Part shown: in pieces, positions 9,286 through 17,744 of the stretch
How positions within the stretch are numbered: the first letter of the stretch is position 1
How the letters are laid out: each line of letters begins with the position of its first letter
Assembly (NCBI GenBank): GCA_030606485.1
Contig: JAUWGH010000005.1
Coordinates: 300,001-332,000, forward strand
DNA from: Promethearchaeota archaeon
GTDB taxonomy: Archaea; Asgardarchaeota; Lokiarchaeia; Sigyniarchaeales; SOKP01
DNA length: 32,000 nt
Direction of reading: 5' to 3'
Program-made: the position numbers and the translations under genes
Notes under the pieces: model-generated
Database searches by the model: none
Told to the model about the DNA's origin: nothing
The model's input: only the letters and a program-made list of their open reading frames with translations

Positions 9286-10392
9286 TTATGAGATATTATT
9301 ACAATAAAACTCCATCACATTATTAATTTGTGAGGACATGAAATTTTTTTTTCTAATAAATTTATCATAGATTGGTAGTCTCTCTTTCAACTCGAACCCT
9401 TCAGCTTTACAAATCTTTTTTAAATGTTCAATTTCTGGCCATGTTTTATAAGGATTTATTTCGTCTCTTGTAAATGGAGAAATACCTCCAAAATCATCTA
9501 TTCCAACTTTTAAAAATTGTTTTTCATAACCAGTAATTAAGTTTGGTGGAATCTGAATTTTTATCGAATTCTCTACTATGATTTTGGCAATTCCAGCTGT
9601 CTTGATAATATTTCCTATTGCAATTGGTGTTTTAGGATTATATCTTATATTCGGTTTTGAGATAAAATTTTGTATTATTATTTCTTGGATGTGTTCATAT
9701 TCATCATTCAATTCCTTTATAAGAAATAAATCCTTTATCCGATCAATCATACTTTCCCCTATACCTAAAAGTAAACCAGTTGTAAAAGGTATTCTTAATT
9801 TCCCGGCATTTTTAATAAATTCAATCCTTTTATCTGGTCTTTTACCGGGACTTTCTTCATGAACATTACCTTTTTTAAATAACCTAGGTTGGGAACTTTC
9901 AAGCATAAGGCCCATACTCGCGTTATAATCTTTTATTTGTTCTAATTTATCATAACTAAGATATCCTACATTCGTGTGGGGTAAAAATTCTTTAGATAAT
10001 AATAATTTGCAAATATATAACAGATAATCGAAAAATTGTTTAAATCCTCTGGATTTTAATCTTTTTTTAACTATTTGGAATTGATCTGGATGTTCTCCAG
10101 ACATTATTAAAGCTTCCTTACAATTAAGTTGATGTGCTTTGGCCATTAACTTTTTAATTTTTTTTAAATCAAACAGTGTAATAATTTCATTTTGAGTTTT
10201 CATTCTATGATTGAAGTAGCAATAAGAGCAATTATTTATGCAATAATTTGATAATGGGATGGTGAAATTTTTTGAAAATGTTATAATATCTCTTTCATCA
10301 TGTGGCAACTCATTTTTAATTTCTCTTACTTTTTTTCTTATTTCTCTTAGAGATAATTTTGCTAATCCATTTATTGCCTCTATAAAATTCAC
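9286..10392 (-). CDS. cofG: FO synthase subunit CofG (radical SAM)
   Basis: TFSKNFTIPLSNYCINNCSYC, KEALIMSGE, PHTNVG, SMGLMLES, SPGK, IPFTTGLLLGIGE, IQIPPNL, DDFGGISP and ERLPIY. Confidence 0.92.
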   Translation of the reverse strand: MNFIEAINGLAKLSLREIRKKVREIKNELPHDERDIITFSKNFTIPLSNYCINNCSYCYFNHRMKTQNEIITLFDLKKIKKLMAKAHQLNCKEALIMSGEHPDQFQIVKKRLKSRGFKQFFDYLLYICKLLLSKEFLPHTNVGYLSYDKLEQIKDYNASMGLMLESSQPRLFKKGNVHEESPGKRPDKRIEFIKNAGKLRIPFTTGLLLGIGESMIDRIKDLFLIKELNDEYEHIQEIIIQNFISKPNIRYNPKTPIAIGNIIKTAGIAKIIVENSIKIQIPPNLITGYEKQFLKVGIDDFGGISPFTRDEINPYKTWPEIEHLKKICKAEGFELKERLPIYDKFIRKKNFMSSQINNVMEFYCNNIS

Positions 10393-10394
10393 AC

Positions 10395-11054
10395 CTACGC
10401 TTTTAAATAATGAAGTACTACATAATTATCTCTTTTCAAAACGTTTTGCAGGTTGAATTTAAAACCTTCAACTATTCGCTTTACTCCTAGACCATCAACG
10501 AGTGAAACAGCGTTTTTCCCTCCAACTATTATAGGAGCAATGAAAATTCTAATCTCGTCAACTAAACAATTTTTTATCATACTCCAATTGAGAGATCCTC
10601 CTCCTTCGAGTAAAATTTTTTTAATCCCATGCTTGTATAATTCTTCCATTAATTTTTTTAAATTAACCTGTTTTCCAGAACCTGTGTTGATAAATCTAAT
10701 ATTTCTCAGTTTAGCCTTTTCCATTTTTGGTTTTAGAGCATGATCTGTTATTGCGATTATTGTGGGATAAGTCTCTAGTTTATAACTTAATACTTTTGAA
10801 GTTAAAGGAATAGAAAAGGAACTATCAACAATAACCCGAATTAATTTTGTTGGTTCGTAAAATTTTATGTGTAATTTTGGATCATCTTTTAAGATCGTAT
10901 TTTTTCCAACCATTATTGCATCATATTCGGTCCTAAGTTTATGAACTAGTTTCCAATCCTCTCCATCAGAAAATTCAGTATCACCAGTATATGTGGCAAT
11001 TTTTCCATCAATACTCATAGCACAACTCAATAAAACATATGGTTTATTTTTCAA
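10395..11054 (-). CDS. arfC: 2,5-diamino-6-(ribosylamino)-4(3H)-pyrimidinone 5'-phosphate reductase (stand-alone RibD C-terminal domain)
   Basis: KPYVLLSCAMSIDGKIAT, LRTEYDAIMVGKNTILKDDPKL, LLEGGGSLN, VDEIRIFIAPIIVGG. At 219 aa it has no N-terminal deaminase domain. Confidence 0.9.
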   Translation of the reverse strand: MKNKPYVLLSCAMSIDGKIATYTGDTEFSDGEDWKLVHKLRTEYDAIMVGKNTILKDDPKLHIKFYEPTKLIRVIVDSSFSIPLTSKVLSYKLETYPTIIAITDHALKPKMEKAKLRNIRFINTGSGKQVNLKKLMEELYKHGIKKILLEGGGSLNWSMIKNCLVDEIRIFIAPIIVGGKNAVSLVDGLGVKRIVEGFKFNLQNVLKRDNYVVLHYLKA

Positions 11055-12192
11055 AAACTACTCTCCCTTTAATATATACTTTCTTAATATTAAAACTAGT
11101 CGTTCTATGAACAGTTAAATCTAATAAATTTTTATGGTTTATTGTAAAGAAGTTTGAATCCTTAAGATTTATTAAAAAAAAATCAGCAAATTTTCCTACT
11201 GAAATTGATCCTATCTCTTTATCTAATCTAAAATTTTTTGCAGCGTTAATAGTTACCATTTTTAGTAAATCTCTCGATTTTAAGACGTAATTAGGATTCC
11301 TTATTTTTGAAACCTTATATAAATATCTCATTTCTTCAAATAAGTCTGGTCTAATTGCCATTATATTATCAGTACCAATAGAAATTTCTAATTTCATATC
11401 TAACATTTCTTTTAATGGAGGTATTCCCATCCCAAAATAACCATTACTTTGAGGGCAAATAACAATTTTTTTATTATGTTTTTTTATTTTTAATAAGTCT
11501 TGTTTATTAAAATGTGTCCCATGAATGAATACATCAATAAAATCTTCAGATAAAATGTTTTCGAGTATAATATTCTCCCTTTTAACCTCAGATATATGAG
11601 TTGCAATAATTTTATTAGTATGTGGTTTTTTATTTAAAATATTTTTAATGGTATCTCCATCAATTTTTGAACTTGATGGAAAACCAATACCATCTGCGAT
11701 GTTATAAATATCAAATACATCATCATTTTCATGCTGTCGACCTAATATCTTGAATTTAATTGGGGAATCTTTTAATGCCTTTTTTAATAATTTAATGCCT
11801 TTAATTCCAAATTCTCGAAAATCGATAAAAAATGTTATTCCATTAGATAACATTTCATTAACTGCTTCTCTAATACCTTTAATTATAAAATTTTCATCAG
11901 TATCTCTTAATAATTTGTATTTTAGACTATTAGGACCACTTACAACATCTTTAATTGGTTTATTTAAACCAAATTCTTTCCCAATACTGTCTGCAATATG
12001 AATATGACTGTTTATAAAGCCAGGAAGTAAAATTGTCTTACCTTTTCCTAAAGGATTTTTATTATTGATTTTCTCTGATTCATTAATTCCTTTAATTATG
12101 CCATTTTTTGATATTTCGATAATAACATTCTTTTTTAAATCTAAATCTTCACCAACTAAACAAAAATCAGAAAATATCTTTTTACTTACCAT
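11044..12192 (-). CDS. Amidohydrolase-superfamily metal-dependent deaminase-like protein
   Basis: LLPGFINSHIHIAD (HxH), ATHISE (HxxE), IHGTH, IGTDN and GSISVGKFADF. Its stop overlaps the arfC start by 11 nt. Confidence 0.85.
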   Translation of the reverse strand: MVSKKIFSDFCLVGEDLDLKKNVIIEISKNGIIKGINESEKINNKNPLGKGKTILLPGFINSHIHIADSIGKEFGLNKPIKDVVSGPNSLKYKLLRDTDENFIIKGIREAVNEMLSNGITFFIDFREFGIKGIKLLKKALKDSPIKFKILGRQHENDDVFDIYNIADGIGFPSSSKIDGDTIKNILNKKPHTNKIIATHISEVKRENIILENILSEDFIDVFIHGTHFNKQDLLKIKKHNKKIVICPQSNGYFGMGIPPLKEMLDMKLEISIGTDNIMAIRPDLFEEMRYLYKVSKIRNPNYVLKSRDLLKMVTINAAKNFRLDKEIGSISVGKFADFFLINLKDSNFFTINHKNLLDLTVHRTTSFNIKKVYIKGRVVFEK

Positions 12193-12251
12193 ATTTAATG
12201 TTATTAAATTATTTTTAATTATAAATATTTAAAAGGAAAATAAAAAATTAA

Positions 12252-13226
12252 GTGATAATTATTTCTAATGAATTTCGAAAAGATTTACAAGATTCCTATT
12301 CTCCTTTAGACGTAGCTATTGATAAAGTTGGTATAATTGGACTCAGAAAAAAAATAGATATAGTAAAAGGCAATTACAAATACTCATTCTACCCAAAGAT
12401 ATCAGCTTTAATTAGTCTCCCGGCAAAACAGAGAGGTATTCATATGAGTAGAACTTCTGAAACAATTGAAGAAGTAATTAATGAAGTTATTTTTAAGCCC
12501 ACTCCAACTATAGAAGTAGTCGCTGATCGGATTATAAAAAAATTATTAAAAAAGCATAAATACACTTTAAAAGTTCATGTGGAGCTTGAGGGCGATATTG
12601 TTATTCAAGTAAGAGAGACTGAGAAAAATAATGTCCAAAAATCTTATTATATAAAAACTGTAGCTAATGGAATAAAACAAGATAATGGAGAAGTTAGGTA
12701 TAAATATTTCATTGGAGTTAGCGCGGTTGGTCTTAATGTATGTCCCTGTAGTATGGAGATGAGTAGAGAATTTGTAGAAGATTTTATTAAAGCAAGAAGA
12801 GATATTAAGATTTCAGAAATTGATTTAAAAAAGTTACTGAACATTCTTCCTGTTTCATCACACAATCAAAGAGCGAAAGGAACAATTACGGTTGAGATTG
12901 ATGATGTAGATATAAACTCTATAGATATAATTGATTTGATAAATATAATTGAAAACTCTATGAGTGGTAAGATAAGTTCTGTCTTAAAACGACCTGAAGA
13001 AGCGGAATTGGTTCGAGTCGCTCATCTTAAACCTTTGTTTGCAGAAGATGCCGTAAGAGAAATGGCTAAAAATTTTATTAAAAAAGATTTTATAAATTTA
13101 AAGGATAAGTTTAGTGTAAAATTTGAAATTACTAGTTTTGAAAGCATTCACTCCTATGATGTTTTTGCTGAACTGAATACAACAATAGGAGAATTAAAAA
13201 AAATCATTAAAGATATAAAAAATTAG
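12252..13226 (+). CDS. mptA: GTP cyclohydrolase MptA (FolE2/GCYH-IB family)
   Basis: RGIHMSR, VCPC, SHNQRA, SVLKRPEE...FAEDAVR and ESIHSYD. GTG start. Confidence 0.9.
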   Translation: MIIISNEFRKDLQDSYSPLDVAIDKVGIIGLRKKIDIVKGNYKYSFYPKISALISLPAKQRGIHMSRTSETIEEVINEVIFKPTPTIEVVADRIIKKLLKKHKYTLKVHVELEGDIVIQVRETEKNNVQKSYYIKTVANGIKQDNGEVRYKYFIGVSAVGLNVCPCSMEMSREFVEDFIKARRDIKISEIDLKKLLNILPVSSHNQRAKGTITVEIDDVDINSIDIIDLINIIENSMSGKISSVLKRPEEAELVRVAHLKPLFAEDAVREMAKNFIKKDFINLKDKFSVKFEITSFESIHSYDVFAELNTTIGELKKIIKDIKN

Positions 13227-13259
13227 GGTCATTATTAAAAAATTAAAAAAAATTAATGT

Positions 13260-14210
13260 TTATTTAAATTCATAAAAATATCTACCATGCTTCTCTTTAA
13301 ATGCTTCTGCTACTTCATCAATTTCGGGTTGGATGAATTCATACCCATCTTTTAACGCTTCATATGTAACAGGAATGTTTCCTAATACTTCACCATCTAC
13401 TTGACAAATGAAGGGTTCATCTTCAGGATTTAACATCTCTATTCTAACTTTCTTACTCTCAAACTCATATATATCAGGGCGCGGAATGTGCGAGGCTGAA
13501 TACATCCTTTTGAAATTTCTTAATAGAACTAGTTTACTAAGATTACAAACATTGATATAGAATAGACCATCATTAACCCGAGCCTTTGCACACATATACA
13601 TCCCTCCTCCATAGGATGGACCGTTTCCAACTGCAATAAGGGTAGATTCACCTTCATATTTATCATTATCCATTATAACTTTGATTTCTCTGTTTTTCCA
13701 ACGAATAAGTGTCTTTAACACAGCAATTACATAATTCTTTTTTTTACTTTCATTAGCTCGCCTTGCAGCTTCAGCATCAAATCCCTGACTTCCGATTCCT
13801 ATAAAGTAACGTTTAACTCCCTCATCAGTAATTGCCAAACCGATATCGGATTTTCCAGTATGGCCTTCAGCAATTATTTCACATGCTCTTTTTATATCTG
13901 GTGGGATTCCTATTGCTCCAGGAATATCATTTCCACTTCCCATAGGAATAAATCCGCATAAAGATCCTGTATTAGAAGTAATGACACCGTTGAAGACTTC
14001 ATTACATGTTCCATCACCGCCTGCACCTATAACGCGGTAGCCATCTTTTGCCAATTGTGTAGCCAATTCTATCGCGTGTCCAGCATATTCAGATTCAAAT
14101 AATTTATATGAAACACCTAAATCATCGAGATATCGGCAAGCTTGATCAATATCTGCTTTTGATTTTCCACCCGCGCTAATTGGATTGTAAATTATTCCGT
14201 GGTCTGTCAT
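13260..14210 (-). CDS. Diacylglycerol kinase family (DgkB/YegS-like) lipid kinase
   Basis: IIYNPISAGG, GAGGDGTCNEVFNG, IPMGSGND, GFDA, GNGPSYGGG and VDGE. ATG at 14210 is preferred over the longer ORF start at 14234. Confidence 0.88.
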   Translation of the reverse strand: MTDHGIIYNPISAGGKSKADIDQACRYLDDLGVSYKLFESEYAGHAIELATQLAKDGYRVIGAGGDGTCNEVFNGVITSNTGSLCGFIPMGSGNDIPGAIGIPPDIKRACEIIAEGHTGKSDIGLAITDEGVKRYFIGIGSQGFDAEAARRANESKKKNYVIAVLKTLIRWKNREIKVIMDNDKYEGESTLIAVGNGPSYGGGMYMCAKARVNDGLFYINVCNLSKLVLLRNFKRMYSASHIPRPDIYEFESKKVRIEMLNPEDEPFICQVDGEVLGNIPVTYEALKDGYEFIQPEIDEVAEAFKEKHGRYFYEFK

Positions 14211-14322
14211 TTTTATCACTTTTTTATTTATCAATAATAAAAAAAAAATCTTAACAAATCATTTATTTATTAAATATGAGATTAAGCTATATAATAGTTT
14301 TATTCAAGTGGTGTAAGTTAAT

Positions 14323-15372
14323 ATGACATCTATTGCTATTGAAGGGGATTTCATTGAAACTAAAAAAAAGGGTTTGATCTTTGATGTTAAAGGGTTGCTT
14401 CATCCTAAAGATAAAATTATTTGCTTTTTGAGATATTATCCCGATTCAAATGGAGATAGAATAAGAAATGATACAAGATATTCAAAAATTTATGATTTAG
14501 AACAGAGATATGAATTTTTGAGAAAAAATTATCCTGATTTCATTTTTTATTCTAATCAAACAGATATGGAATTACAAGGAGTAAACATTAAAGAAATTAA
14601 ACAGATTTACAAACCTAAAAATTGCTATAAGAACTTAAAAAAAGCTGATAATTTATCGCAGAATCAACAAAAAGCTCTCAATTTTTGTGATATACTCATA
14701 AATAATACACAAATAACTAATGATAACATTGGCATCACTGGTTCCATTATGGTTGGGCTAGATGGGGAGAATTCCGATATAGATGTGGTTATATATGAAA
14801 CTGATATCAGTAAAAGGATACAAGAAGAATTGAAAAAAATTTATTTAAATGAAAAGATTCCAGTTCGAAAATATAACTTAGAAGAATTCAAAAAGCATTA
14901 CGAATTTAGAGCGGGCAGTTCTGGCATTTCTTTTGAAAATTTTATGAGAAGCGAAAAGCATAAATTACACCAAGGTAAATTTCAAGAAACTGATTTCTTT
15001 ATTAGATACATTAAGAGTCCTCAAGATTGGCCGGGAAAATTTTCTGATTACCTTTATAAAAATTATGGCAGAATAAAACTCAAAGCTGAAATTTTGGATT
15101 CTTCTGATTCAATTTTTACACCTTGTTCCTATAAAATTAAGCCTTTAAGATTATTAGAATTGGTACCCTTTTCGAATGAAATTGAATTAAGCCAAATTCA
15201 TGAAATATGTTCATTTAGAGGTCGCTTTTGTGAGCAAGCTATAGATCAAGAGAAGGTATATATAGAGGGAAAACTCGAGAAAGTATTATCTAAGAAGAAA
15301 AATGAATATTTTCGAATCATTTTAGGTGAATATAAGGAAGATAAAATGATGTATTGCAATAACACAAATTAA
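14323..15372 (+). CDS. Predicted archaeal nucleotidyltransferase (pol-beta superfamily, COG1665-like)
   Basis: GITGSIMVGLDGENSDIDVVIY (GS-x10-DxD) signature, N-terminal IFDVKGLLHP...FLRY and C-terminal SFRGRFCEQ. Confidence 0.75.
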   Translation: MTSIAIEGDFIETKKKGLIFDVKGLLHPKDKIICFLRYYPDSNGDRIRNDTRYSKIYDLEQRYEFLRKNYPDFIFYSNQTDMELQGVNIKEIKQIYKPKNCYKNLKKADNLSQNQQKALNFCDILINNTQITNDNIGITGSIMVGLDGENSDIDVVIYETDISKRIQEELKKIYLNEKIPVRKYNLEEFKKHYEFRAGSSGISFENFMRSEKHKLHQGKFQETDFFIRYIKSPQDWPGKFSDYLYKNYGRIKLKAEILDSSDSIFTPCSYKIKPLRLLELVPFSNEIELSQIHEICSFRGRFCEQAIDQEKVYIEGKLEKVLSKKKNEYFRIILGEYKEDKMMYCNNTN

Positions 15373-15481
15373 CTTTTTTTAATTCTTATTAAAATTTATA
15401 TTTACTATTGTTAATATATAATAGAAAGAAAAAGACATTTTGTAAGTATTGAAAATTATACAATTATAAATTTATGGTCCA

Positions 15482-16552
15482 TTGAAGTATAGTATGGCAC
15501 TAAATTACTCGCCAGAATTTTATTGGTATCTCATAGGTGCAATATTTTGCTTAATAGCCACTATCATAATTGTATGGAATATCTTTTCAAAAAAAAATAA
15601 GACCCACTTTTACTATTTTTTTTCAATATTAAGTATTTCCATTTTCTACTTTTTTACAAGTTTCTCATTCCTGTTTTTAAGTATAGATTTATATCGAGCG
15701 AGTTGTTTCGCAGCTACAATTAGTACAATCTTTTTATTTTTATTTATCGACTTTACATCTCGTGAATCAGTAAGTCCTATTAATATAGCATTAATAAGTC
15801 TTTTAAGTGGGATGGTATTTATCTTAGTTTGGCAAGAGAATTCCATTATATTCTATGACGGATTCGGATATCCATCTATTAAAACATCGGGAATATTTAC
15901 GGTTGTTGGAAATTTAGTTTTATTGTTAAATGTGTTGTTCTATCTTTATTGGGCTTTAAGAATTTCAATAAAAGCACCCAAAAAGTTAAGAAAATCATCA
16001 TTAATCTTTTTATGTGGTACGCTACTTTTATTAAGTGGTTTTTTTATTTGGAGTGCTAAATATCTATTAATGGCTCCAATTGGTATATTTTTTACTGGGA
16101 CAGGTATGTTGGTTTCAATAATTTCATGGGTAAAAGAACCAAAAATCCTTTATATATTACCATTTAAAGCCTATAGATTAATCGTTCTTCACGGGAAATC
16201 GGGTGTTCCATTGTTTAATTACAATTGGGTGGAATATAAAGTGGATGAAGCTATTTACTCAGGCCTTCTACATGCACTAAATAATGCAATACAAATCCTA
16301 AAAAGGGGCTCAATAAAACATATTTTATTAACAGAAGGAGTTTTAATTATTAAAAAATCGGAAAATGTTTTAGTTGGATTAATTGCTGATAAAACATCAA
16401 AATTTTTGACTAATTGTATCAATAATTTCACAGATTCATTTGAAAAAAAATATAATTCAGTTTTAAGTGATTGGAACCATCAAACTGATCAATTTACTTC
16501 AGCAAAGGAATTAATTGAAAGACATTTTGCAAATGTTCCATCTCACTTATAG
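15482..16552 (+). CDS. Seven-TM membrane protein with a C-terminal longin-like cytoplasmic domain
   Basis: Seven hydrophobic segments in about aa 12-220, then a soluble domain (YRLIVLHGKSGVPLF...SGLLHAL...SIKHILL...LIIKK...LVGLIA...FTDSFEKKY) with longin-like topology. Start is TTG 15482 or ATG 15494. Confidence 0.65.
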   Translation: MKYSMALNYSPEFYWYLIGAIFCLIATIIIVWNIFSKKNKTHFYYFFSILSISIFYFFTSFSFLFLSIDLYRASCFAATISTIFLFLFIDFTSRESVSPINIALISLLSGMVFILVWQENSIIFYDGFGYPSIKTSGIFTVVGNLVLLLNVLFYLYWALRISIKAPKKLRKSSLIFLCGTLLLLSGFFIWSAKYLLMAPIGIFFTGTGMLVSIISWVKEPKILYILPFKAYRLIVLHGKSGVPLFNYNWVEYKVDEAIYSGLLHALNNAIQILKRGSIKHILLTEGVLIIKKSENVLVGLIADKTSKFLTNCINNFTDSFEKKYNSVLSDWNHQTDQFTSAKELIERHFANVPSHL

Positions 16553-16689
16553 TGTTGATTACCTTCGTAAAAATTCAATTCGAATACATCTTCATTCTTT
16601 TATGAAAAGATTTTAGAATTTTGTAGAATATTAACTAAAAAGGTTCATTATAATTTTTAATAATATTCTTACAAAAAGGTGTTTAAAAA

Positions 16690-17535
16690 ATGAATTTTGA
16701 GACTATTAAATTTGAATTACAAGAGGATGGAATTGGTATTTTAACACTAAATAGACCAGATAATCTAAATGCTATAAATTTTCAAATGGTGGAAGATTTA
16801 CACAAGTTATATGACCATCTTATGATAAATCTTGATTGTCGTGTTGTTATATTAAAAGCAGCAGGTAGGGTATTTTGTGCAGGTTCGGATTTAAAAGATG
16901 GAAACATTTTAAGGTCTAAAAGAAAACCAGAACAATATAAGAGATTTTATTATTTAGACGTCCCTGAAGTGATCAAGGGAAAGATGTATTACCAATGGCG
17001 CATAACTCAAATAGTTGTTAAAATGAGAAAAATAACTCAACCAATCATCGCAATAATTCATGGACCAGCATCAGGCGGTGGATTTGCATTTACTATGGCA
17101 TGTGATATTCGAATTGCAAGTGAAGGCGCAAGATTTAATAACGCTGCTATCAAATTGGGACTCTCTGGTGGGGATGTTGCGACTAGTTATTTCCTTCCAC
17201 GACTTATTGGAATGTCAAGAGCCGCAGAAATATTGTATACAGGAAGAACAATAGATGCCAAAGAAGCTGAAAAAATTGGCTATATTCTTAAGTTAGTAGA
17301 GGAGGGTAAATTATTAGATGCTGCACTTGAATTAGCAAAAGACCTATTAAGAAAAAGTCCATTAGGATTACGAATGACAAAACAAGTACTCAATTTAACT
17401 CTTGATTCGCCTAGTTTGGAAACAATGCTCCAATTAGAGAATAGCAGTCAAATTGTATGTTTCTCTTCAAAAGACCTTAATGAAGGTGCTACCGCTTTTC
17501 TCGAAAAACGAGAGCCAAAATATCCATTGCGCTAA
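16690..17535 (+). CDS. Enoyl-CoA hydratase/isomerase (crotonase) family protein
   Basis: LTLNRPDNLNA, FCAGSDL, GPASGGG, ACDIRIA and EGATAFLEKREP. AGGTG SD-like site upstream. Confidence 0.92.
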   Translation: MNFETIKFELQEDGIGILTLNRPDNLNAINFQMVEDLHKLYDHLMINLDCRVVILKAAGRVFCAGSDLKDGNILRSKRKPEQYKRFYYLDVPEVIKGKMYYQWRITQIVVKMRKITQPIIAIIHGPASGGGFAFTMACDIRIASEGARFNNAAIKLGLSGGDVATSYFLPRLIGMSRAAEILYTGRTIDAKEAEKIGYILKLVEEGKLLDAALELAKDLLRKSPLGLRMTKQVLNLTLDSPSLETMLQLENSSQIVCFSSKDLNEGATAFLEKREPKYPLR

Positions 17536-17744
17536 AAAGAATTAAATCATCTAATTTTCCATCCTTTTTTTTCAATAGGAAGTATATCTAAAAAATTTAA
17601 AATTGATTTTAATTATAGAATATTAATTAAATCTTCTAAAATTAATAGTGAAAAATAAATATACTATTAAAATGATTAAATTATTTATACTTTCTTTTTT
17701 TAAAGGTAGTAATTAGAAATAGTAAGTAATAGTGGAAAAAAAAA

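Noticed and set aside
12193-12209. Inverted repeat ATTTAAT-GTT-ATTAAAT in the divergent promoter
   Set aside because: The arms are entirely A/T in a nearly pure A/T spacer, so it is expected by chance.
13010-13019. GGTTCGAGTC, a tRNA T-loop-like string
   Set aside because: It lies inside the mptA coding sequence with no surrounding cloverleaf.
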